A DNA stretch of 64,000 bases from the human T2T-CHM13v2.0 reference genome, Homo sapiens: assembly GCF_009914755.1 (NCBI RefSeq), contig NC_060929.1; one strand, given 5' to 3'. Of this stretch, positions 54,446 to 64,000 are shown in pieces. The notes beneath the pieces were generated by a model. It was given only the letters and a program-made list of their open reading frames with translations. It was not told where the DNA came from and searched no databases. The first letter of the stretch is position 1, and the number at the start of each line of letters is the position of its first letter. The position numbers and the translations under genes are program-made.

Positions 54446-55099
54446 AAGATCTTGAGGGAGAATGAAATAAATAAATAAAACCCTTGTCTGAAGTAAATGT
54501 TCCTGGTGACCTCCTCCAATCCTGTCATAAACGCCCTTCCCCTGTAGTTAATGTTCCCGTTTCTCCTCTGGGACTGGGAAGAGAGAAGCCCGGAACCTCT
54601 CCGGAGGTGCTAAGAGCCTCTGGGAGGTGCAGCAGGGCAGGAAATGGGATTGTGTTTGCCTGTCAGGTTGGCTTAGGGGATGGAAGTTGCAAGAAAGGGA
54701 AGAAGTAAGAGTTCAAAACGACATTCCCAACTGAATGAGGTCAGTATCCACCTGGCATAACCGTGAATCCACCTGGGCTTGTGAGAAGTCATCAGAGCCC
54801 ATGGACACTCACCCCCTACTTCGGGTTTCCCCAATGGTACCATCTCGTATAGCTGTGCTGTACACCGTTTCTGAAGCAGTTGAACCATTTTATATGCTAA
54901 CCAGCAACGGATGGGAGTTGCCATTGCTCTGTCTTGCCTGCACATGACGCTCTCAGTCACCTTCATGTTTGCTTTTTGATCAGACCTGTGATCCTTGTAT
55001 GTGTGTCTGCTGGCCATTCATGTGTGTTCTTTCACAAAACACTTTCGGAAATATTTTGCTCACTTTAGAGTTTTGTTCTGTTTCGTTTTTCGTCATCTC

Positions 55100-55484
55100 A
55101 TTGAGTGGTATGAATTTCTAATGGACGTTCATTGTGGTCAGGGAACGTGCGTATTCTGCATGATTTAATCCTTCCACATTTGCTGAGACTTGTGTGTGGT
55201 TCACCATACGGTCCCTCTTGGTGAATATTCTGTAGGCACTTAACAAGAGCATGGATTCTTCTGCTGTCAGGAAAAGCAGTCTAGGCTGCTAATTAGATCA
55301 AGCTGGGTAATAGCGTTGTTCAAGTATTCTATATTCTCATTGATTCCCTGTCTATTTGTTCTACCAATGACTGAGAGAGAAATGTTAAAGTATCCAAATA
55401 TAACTGTGGACTTGCCTGTCTTGCCTTTAACTCAGTGAGTTTTGGGCCTGTGCGTTTATAGCTTTGTTGTTAGGTGTGCATTTA
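55100..55484 (-). mobile_element. Old L1M fragment
   Basis: 'tttgctgagacttg', 'gttcaagtattctatattctcattgat', 'aaatataactgtggacttg'. Confidence 0.6.
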
Positions 55485-55489
55485 GGATT

Positions 55490-55851
55490 TGCTATGGTTT
55501 GGCTGTGTCCCCACCCAAATCTCATCTTCCATTGAAGCTCCCATAATTCCTTCATCTTGTGGGAGGGACCCAGTGGGAGATAATGGAATCATGGGGAAGG
55601 TTTCCCCCATACTGCTCTCATGGTAGTGAGTAAGTCTCACAAGATCTGATGGTTTTATCAGGGGAAACCCGTTTCGCATGGCTCTTATTCTCTTCTCTTG
55701 TCTGCTGCCATGTGAGACACGCCTTTTGCCTTCCGCCATAATTGTGAGGCCTCCCCAGGCACCTGGAACAGTGAGGCCATTAAGTTCTTTCTTTTATAAA
55801 TTGCCCCGTCTCAGGTACGTCTTTATCAGCAACATGAAAACGGACTAATAT
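55490..55851 (+). mobile_element. THE1B-like solo LTR
   Basis: TGCTATGG...ggactaata; TSD ggatt. Confidence 0.88.
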
Positions 55852-57191
55852 GGATTGCTTCATGCATGAACCATGGCGGGACTTTGCTTATCTTCCCAAA
55901 GGGGTGGGAAGGTCCCTGAGGGGAGTGGCTGTGGCTTTTTGGTCTGAGGACTCTGCTGAGGGGAACACACACTCTGGAGGCTCAGCAAGCACTCAGGAGG
56001 GACTTGATCCATGTTAGAAATGCATCACTAGCTTCTCATTTATTTCACACTAAAATATTTGAATGTTTCTGATTAAAATCCCTGACAGGGACTCCCCATC
56101 CCAATAATTGATTGGGAAAATTGACTTTGTCTTTCATTAAATTAATAAAACAATCAGTAATACAATGTTACAAGGTAGATATTTAATAACAAAAGGACTC
56201 ACTTTAATGCAGACTCTAGAAAACTGGAGAATTGCAAGTCAAGAGACAAGAGAATCACGCAAAGCAAATGGGATGTAGACACTCCCTCCCTCCCACCCAC
56301 ACCCAGGCTCAGTTCCAGGCAGTGTTTCCAACCCTGGCGGAACTGGCCTGTGCCAGGCGATAGGACTGTAACTCCCACCCAGAGCACCCTCCCTCCTGGG
56401 GACAGACAGGTGACAGCGGGAAGGACAGGGTCCGTCTCTGCTCCTGTACTGTGTACTGCAGGGCTGTGCAATGGCCAGCAGGGAAACAGAGGCGGAGCAG
56501 TGGTGGGGGTGTTAGCCTTGGAATCTACATTTTAAACAAACAAATTAGGTGCTCTGACACTCCAGGGTCTGAGGAAGGTGGTCAACAGCCTCATTCTAAG
56601 AAACCTTGGTCCAGGCACTGAGTTTGCCTAGTGTGGGATTTTAAACAAAAATTATTTCCAAAAGAAAGAATGCAGAGGTAAGGAAAAGATGCTATATTTA
56701 ATTGAGTGGGTGTATCTGCATACTTTTTAGAAATAATAAGGGTGGAGGGAGTGAGGGGTGGTGTGTCTCCTGCAAGCTACTTGACCCAGAATAAAAACAT
56801 ATTAAACTAAAAATTTCACATAACAGATTTTTCTTTTTTAAAAAAGAAAAAAATGATAATAAAGAATAACACATTCAGAAGAGAAAGATTTTCACTTGGA
56901 GGAAACATATACAAAATTAATCCTTCTTAAATCACTGTTACCTCTAAGTCTGGAACCGCTGCCTTCACACATTGTCTGCTGCCGATCTTGTCAATGACCC
57001 TTGTTAACGCCTCTCCCGACAGGTGGACGGCATCCAGACGCGGAGGGAAGTTTCCTCCTGGGGAGCAGCGCACGTGCTGCCTGGAGACAGAAGCGTAGAT
57101 CAGATTGCACGTGCGTGGAATGTGGCCGCAGCACCAGTTCTGAGCTCCACGATTTGCCGGAGCATGACTCTGTTCTTCATGAAAATTATTA

Positions 57192-57404
<213 letters not shown>

Positions 57405-58605
57405 TTAGGCCTCAATGTCCACAACATCACTGGCCACAGCTTTTAGTTTCAGGAGGTGAGATATGAAAACAAACCTAATGGGCAAAGCAGATCTAAACAG
57501 GGTAAGACCTGGAGCCCCGGCCCCATGCAGCCTGCAGAAGGTGAGTGAGGTCAGCCTCCCCTCATTCCACAGTTGCCTCTTTCCAGAGACCCTGGGTGTC
57601 TGGAGGGATATAGAGTGATGTGGCCAGGCGCTGTGCCCGGGGAAATGACATTAAAATTAGTAATAGTAGGGGAAAAAAAAGAAATACTTTCCTTTATAGA
57701 CAACAGAATGCAACTTGAGGCAAACCATTCTATACATACAGTCTCAGAAACGATTCCAGATTTCCGACCTGCGTGTTTTGTTTCTTTGTTTGTTTATGTC
57801 AAGACTTTACAATTTGCCATGAATCAAAAACACACATGAGCTCAGGGGATAGAAAGAAATATTCAGAAAGAGTCTGAGTGGAATTTGGATTAGGATGGGT
57901 GTTTTTTGGCTCCGAGTCCTGTGTCCAAGTGACAGCTGCTGTGCCATAATAATAGATCAGCTTACAATACGTAGATATAGACAGGCAGACAATAGACAAT
58001 CTGTGTATGAAACAGGCTGCCTAAAAATGCTGATTATCTAAAAGCTTGTGAGCCTAGGTCATCAAAGCCATCTCACCAGGTGAGTGTTCACTCTTCCCTC
58101 AGCGGGCCCTCCCAGAAGTCATGTTAAGCAGTTTCTGACGGTATTCATATTTTAATCCTCAGAAGCCCTGGAGGCTCTCACCTCCCACTTCAGGCTGCCC
58201 AAAGTCACAGAGCCTGTGACTCCAGGACTCATCTTTCTACAAACGCTTTGGTTGGCCAGCGCTTCCTTTTACCGTCAGCCGCCCCTGCCCGGGACACTTG
58301 CAGATCAGGGGACTTTGTGGGTCTCATTGAGGCTGTATTTGCGGATTCAATTACGCATTTTTAATTCCGCAAATATTTGCCACTGCTGCCTGACCTGGAG
58401 CCTGTGTGGCCAGATCCTTTGATCGAAAGCCGTCTGCCTGTGGATCAGACCCTGTGGTGAGTGGTGACAGCCCAGGGGTGGGGAGGCAGATCACCCTGCT
58501 GGGTTGCTGGGGAAGGCTGTGTGGAGGCCATAGGGTCTGAGCAATATACTAAGACCTAGTTAAAGATTTGCAGCGAGAGAATCCATGAAACATGAAACAC
58601 GGAGG

Positions 58606-59045
58606 CTGTGGGGGGTCGAGTTAGGACTCTGGATGGCCACATCCTGACCCCCAGAACATGCAACCACCGCCTTGTATGGAAAGGGGGCTTTGCGGATGTG
58701 ATAGGGCTGAGGCTCCTGAGATGGGTGATTTTCTTGGATGATCCTGGCGGGCCAATGAAATCACAGGGTGCTTCTGAGAGGGAGGGAGGACAGCAGAGAG
58801 GGGAAGGTGATGTGGCCACAGAGCCAGAGATGACGGAAGGGGCTGCCAGCCCAGGGGTCCAGGTACCACCGGAAGAAGGAAAGACAGAGACATGGGGTCT
58901 CCCCATGCCCAGCCCTGCAGAGACCCTGAATTCAGCGCAGGGGTACTGATTTGGGGGTTATGGCCTCCAGAACTGTGAGAGAATAAGTCTCCGTTGTCTT
59001 ATGCCACCGAGTGTGCGGTACGTGTTATGGCAGCCACATAGCAGG
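58606..59045 (+). mobile_element. MLT1D-like LTR
   Basis: 'gggctttgcggatgtgat', 'ggatgatcctggcgggcc', 'cctccagaactgtgagagaataa', 'gttatggcagccacatag'. Confidence 0.7.
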
Positions 59046-59960
59046 TGTGAGGAAGCTGGAGAAGGGACTGAAGATGGGGTGCAGCTGGGACCACCCTGCT
59101 GGGCTAAGGCCAGTTCTGGAAAGAGACTGGACAGCTCTCCCTCAGGAGCAGGGAGGGAGGAACCCGTGAGTCAGTGGAGGGTGGGAGGAAACGTGGGAGG
59201 AGCCTCCGACATCCTAGAAACGCGGGGGTACGAAAGCCAGCACCGGCCTGCGGGGGGAAAGCCGGCCTCTTACGCCCTGGAAGAGGAAACTCACAGAGAT
59301 CCCCACAACGACACCCAGCTGTGCAGGAGGCCCACGTCCTGTCTCATTTCATTTTCTCCTCTCGGTGAACAAAAAGAGAAGAAAATGACAGGAGCAGAAG
59401 GTCAAAGGGAAGCATCGAGAGAAAGAGGATGAATTGACACCTGTGGCTAATTGAAGTGAAATCAGGTGGGGGAAAAAAGCCTACTATAAGCCCACTTTAT
59501 AACCTCATACCCGTCCCCTGCTTCGGGCTTGGCCCCTGCTTCGGGCTTTCCCCCTGCTGCAGGGGTGCAGGGCCCCCTCCTCGCTCTCATAACAGTTCCC
59601 TGTCTAAGATAACGCTGCTTTTCTATGGGCTTTCCAGATCACAGAGGCCATGAGACCCACGTCCAGAGGGCCCTAGGAGGGAGCTGTGGGCTCAGCTGGT
59701 TGATTTACTCTGGCTTGGGTCGCTGCTACTGCTTTGAGGACAATAAGCTTGGCCATCACCAGACACCAGAGGATGCTGAAGGGACAGCCGGCTAGACTAT
59801 TTCATGGACTCTCTGAGCATGTCCTATTGCAGTCCAGGTACAAACTTTTCCTCCAGAAATAGACAGAGGGATGCTGCTTCCCAATTTCAGCAAAGGCAGT
59901 GGAAAGATCCCGGTCAAAAGTAGAAACTCTGGGTCCAGGCCTTCCAGCTGACACTCACTC

Positions 59961-62224
59961 TGATATGGTTTGGCTGTGTTCCCACCCAAATCTCAACTTG
60001 AATTGTATCTCTCAGAATTCCCACGAGTTGTAGGAGGGATCCAGGTGGAGGTAATTGAATCATGGGGTGGGTCTTTCCCATGCTATTCTCGTGATAGTGA
60101 ATAAGTCTCACCAGCTCTCATGGGTTTATTAGGGGTTTCCACTTTTGCTTCTTCCTCATTTTCTCTTGCTGCTGCCATGTAAGAAGTGCCTTTCGCCTCC
60201 CGCCATGATTCTGAGGCCTCCCCAGCCATGTGGAACTGTAAGTCCAATGAAACCTCTTTCTTCCCAGTCTCAGGTATGTCTTTATCAGCAGCATGAAAAC
60301 AGACGAATACAGTAAATTGGTGCCACTAGAGTGGGCACTGCTGGTAAGATACCTGAAAATGTGGAAGCGACTTTGGAACTGGGTAACAGGCAGAGGTTGG
60401 AAGAGTTTGGAGGGCTCAGAAGAAGACAGGAAAATGTGGGGAAGTTTGAAACTTCCTAGAGACTTGTTGAATGGCTTTCCCCCAAATGCTGATAGCGATA
60501 TGGACAAGAAGGTCCAGGCTGAGGTGGTCTCAGATGGAGATGAGGAACTTGTTGGGAACTGGAGCAAACGTGACTCTTGTTATGTTTTAGCAGAGAGACT
60601 GGCAGCATTTTGCCCCTGCCCTAGAGATTTGTGGAACTTTGAACTTGAGAGGGATGATTTAGGGTATCTGATGGAAGAAATTTCTAAGCAGGAAAGCATT
60701 CAAGAGGTGACTTGGGTATTGTTAAAGGCATTCAGTTTTATCAGGGAAGCAGAGCATCAAAGTTTGGAAAATTTGACTATGAGATAGAAAAGAAAAACCC
60801 ATTTTCTGGGGAGAAATTCAAGATGGCTACAGAAATTTGCAGAGGTAGCAGGGAGCCTAATGTTAATCCCCAAGACCATGGGAAAATGTCTCCAGGCCAT
60901 GTCAGAGATCTTCACAGCAGCCTCTCCCATCACAGGCCTGGAGGCCCTGGAGAAAAAAGTGGTTTCATGGGCCGGGCCCAGGGCCCCTGTGCTGTGTGCA
61001 GCCTAGGGACTTGGTGCCCTGTGACCCAGCTGCTCCAGTCATGGCTAAAAGGGGCCAAGGTATGGCTTAGGCTGTGGCTTCAGAGGGTGGAAGCCCCGAG
61101 CCTTGACAATTTCCACCTGGTGTTGAGCCTGCAGGTGCACGGAGGCCAGGAATTTAGGTTTGGGAACCTCTGCCTAGATTTCAGAAGACGTATGGACATG
61201 CCTGGATGCCCAAGCAAACATGTTTTGCAGGGGTGGGACTCCCTTGTAGAACCTCTGCTAGGGCAATGCAGAAGGGAAATGTGGGGAGGGAGCCCCCACA
61301 CAGAGTCCCTACTGGGGCACTGCCTAGTGGAGCTGTGAGAAGAGGGCCACTGTCCTCCAGACCTCAGAATGGTAGATCCACCGTCGGTTTGTACCGTGCA
61401 CCTGGAAAAGCCACAGACACTCAATGCCAGCTCATGAAAGCAGCCAGAAGGGAGGGTTTACCCTGCAAAGCCACAAGGTGGAGCTGCCCATGACCATGGG
61501 AATCCACCTCTTGCATCAGCGAGACCTGGATGTGAGACCTGGAGTCAAAGGAGATCATTTTGGAGCTTTAAAATTTTACTGCCCCACTGGATTTCTGACT
61601 TGCATGGGGCCTGTAGCCCCTTTGTTTTGGCCAATTTTTCCCATTTGGAACAGCTGTATTTACAAAATACCTGTACCCCCATTGTATCTAGGAAGTAACT
61701 AGCCTGCTTTTGATTTTACAGGCTCATAGGTGGAAAGGACATGTTTTGTCTCAGATGAGACTTTGGACTGTGGACTTCTGGGTTAATGCTGAAATGAGTT
61801 AAGACTTTTTGGGAAGGCATGGTTGGTTTTCAAATGTTGAGGACATGAGATTTGGAGGGGCCAGGGGTGGAATGATATGGTTTGGCTGTGTCCCCACCCA
61901 AATACCAACTTGAATTGTATCTCCCAGAATTCCCATATGTTGTGGGAGGGTCCCAGGGGGAGGTAATTGAATCATGGGGGCATCTTTCCTGTGCTATTCC
62001 TATAATAGTGAATGAGTCTCATGAGATCTGATGAGTTTATCAGCGGTTTCCACTTTTGCTTCTTCCTCATTTTCTCTTGCCACCACCACGTAAGATGTGC
62101 CTTTCACCTCCCGCCATGATTCTGAGGCCTGCCCAGCCATGTGGAACGGTAAGTCCAATTAAACCTCTTTCTTTTCCCAGTCTTGGGTATATCTTTATCA
62201 GCAGCGTGAAAACAGACTAATACA
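59961..62224 (+). mobile_element. Full-length THE1A MaLR provirus (LTRs 59961-60311 and 61873-62224)
   Basis: Two TGATATGG...AATACA LTRs, ~1.56-kb internal region, perfect 5-bp TSD cactc. Confidence 0.95.
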
Positions 62225-62277
62225 CACTCTTTGACATTTCTTAGCTGTGTGACCTTGGGTAAGTTTCTTACCCTCTC

Positions 62278-64000
62278 TGATATGGCTTAAATGTTTGTTC
62301 CCTCCAAATCTCATGCTGAAATGTGATCCCCAATGCTGGAAATGGGTGCTGGTGAGAGTTTGGGTCATGGGGGTAGATCCCTCATGATGACTTGGTGCCC
62401 TCCTCACAATAGTGAGTTCACGTTAAATCTAGTTGGTAAAGAGACTGGGACCCTTCCCCTCTCTCTTACTCCCTTTCTCATCATGTGTCTCTCCCTCTGT
62501 CTTGCTCGCTTTCTTGCCATGTGTTGTGTCTGCTCTTCCTTCACCTTTGGCAATGAGTCAAAGCTCCTGGAGGCCTCCCCAGAAGCTGAGTAGATGTTGG
62601 TGCCATGCTTGTACAGCCTGCAGAACTGTGAACCAAATAAACCTTTTTTCTTCATAAATTACCCAGCCTCAGGTATTTCTTTATAGCAATGCAAAAATGG
62701 ACTAACACAGAAAATTGGTACTGAGGAGTGGGGCATTGCTATAAAGATACCTGAAGATGTGGAAGTGGCTATGGAACTGGGTGACAGGCAGACGTTGGAA
62801 GAGTTTGGAGAGCTCAAAAGAAGACAGGAAGATGAGGGAAAGTTTAGAACTTTTTAGAGACTGATAAGGTGGTTGTGACCAAAATGCTGATAGAAAAATG
62901 GACCATGAAGGCCAGGCTGATGAAGCCTCAGATGGATATGAGGACGTTATTGAGAACTGGAACAAAACTCGTGCATGTTATGATCTAGCAGAGAGCTCGG
63001 CTGCCTTATGTCCCTGCCCTAGGAATCTGTGGAAGGTTGAGCTTAAGACTGATGACCTAGGGTATGTGGTGGAGGAAATTTCTAAGCAGAAAAGCTTTCA
63101 ATATGTGGCCTGGCTGCTTGTAGTAATCTAAATCAGATGTGGGAACAAAGGAATGTCCCTAAGTTGGAACGTACAATTAAAAAGGAAGCAAAGCACAAAG
63201 GTTTGAAAAACTTGCAGCCTGGCCAGGTGGTAGAGAAGAAAAACACTTTTTCAGGAGAGAAATGCAGGGGGCTGCAGAGAAACTACTTTCTAGAGAGATT
63301 TTCATAACGAAAAGGGAGCCAAGTGCTAATATTCAAGACAACAGGAAAAAGGTCTCGAAAGCTTTGGGACAGCCCCCCCATCACAGGTTCAGAGGTTTGG
63401 GAGGAAAGCATGGTTTTGGGGGCCCGGCCTGGACCACCACTGCCCTTTGCCACCTTAGGCAGATGTTCCCCATATCCTCACTGCTTTTCTTCTAGCTGTG
63501 GCTCAAAGGTCCCCAGGTATAGCTTGGGCTGCCACTCTGGAGAGTGTAAGCCATAAGTGTCGACAGCTTCCACACGGTGTTAAGCCTGCCAGGTACATAG
63601 AGTGAAAGAGTTGAGGCTTGGGAGCCTCTGCCTAGATTTCAGAGGATGCATGAGAATGCCTGGGTGCTGCAGGGGTGGAGCCCCCACAGAAACGCTCTGC
63701 TAGGGCACTACAGAGGGGATATGTGGAGTGGCAACCCCCACATAGAGTCCCCACCAGGGAACTGCCTAGTGGAGCTGTGGGAACAGGGCCACCGCCCTCC
63801 GGATTCCAGAATGGCAGAGCCAATGGCAGGTGGCAAGCTCAGCCTGGGAAAGCTACAGGCACCAGACTCCAACCCATAACAGCAGCCTCATGGGCTGTGT
63901 CAAGCAAAGCTGTCAGGGTGGGGATGCCCAAGGCCTTGGAGGCCCACCAGTTGCACCAGTGTGCTCTGGATGTGAGACATGCAGTCAATGACTGTTTTGG
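62278..64000 (+). mobile_element. MSTB-like LTR (62278-62709) plus MST internal region, running off the window
   Basis: LTR ends 'ggactaacaca', followed by the 'gaaaattggtactgagg' internal start. Confidence 0.88.

Noticed and set aside
60118-61702. THE1A internal ORFs as genes
   Set aside because: These are ordinary broken MaLR internal reading frames.

Overview
Primate genomic DNA (Alu, L1PA, THE1/MST/MLT and LTR12 present), most likely human or ape, with no intact protein-coding gene that I can support. The main result is a chain of + strand exon remnants running from about 97 to about 47,430. They have canonical GT-AG sites, mostly compatible reading phases, and many stops and frameshifts. 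Their translations match GREB1/GREB1L motifs in the correct order: the N-terminal/second region, a possible P-loop remnant, the TAGT glycosyltransferase-like region and the C-terminal domain. This points to a decayed, distant GREB1-family paralog, an intron-containing and possibly unitary pseudogene that begins upstream of the window. The GREB1 comparison was made by eye against remembered sequence and needs tblastn/HMM confirmation. Other features: a CpG island with a (GGGCT/GGGCA)n tract and candidate antisense exons, a 14 x 45-bp VNTR, two 5'-inverted L1PA insertions with TSDs, a full THE1A provirus, a ~1.3-kb inverted duplication, and a copy of an exon-intron-exon fragment lodged inside an MLT1 LTR. 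Coordinates of old repeats and repeat subfamily calls are approximate.
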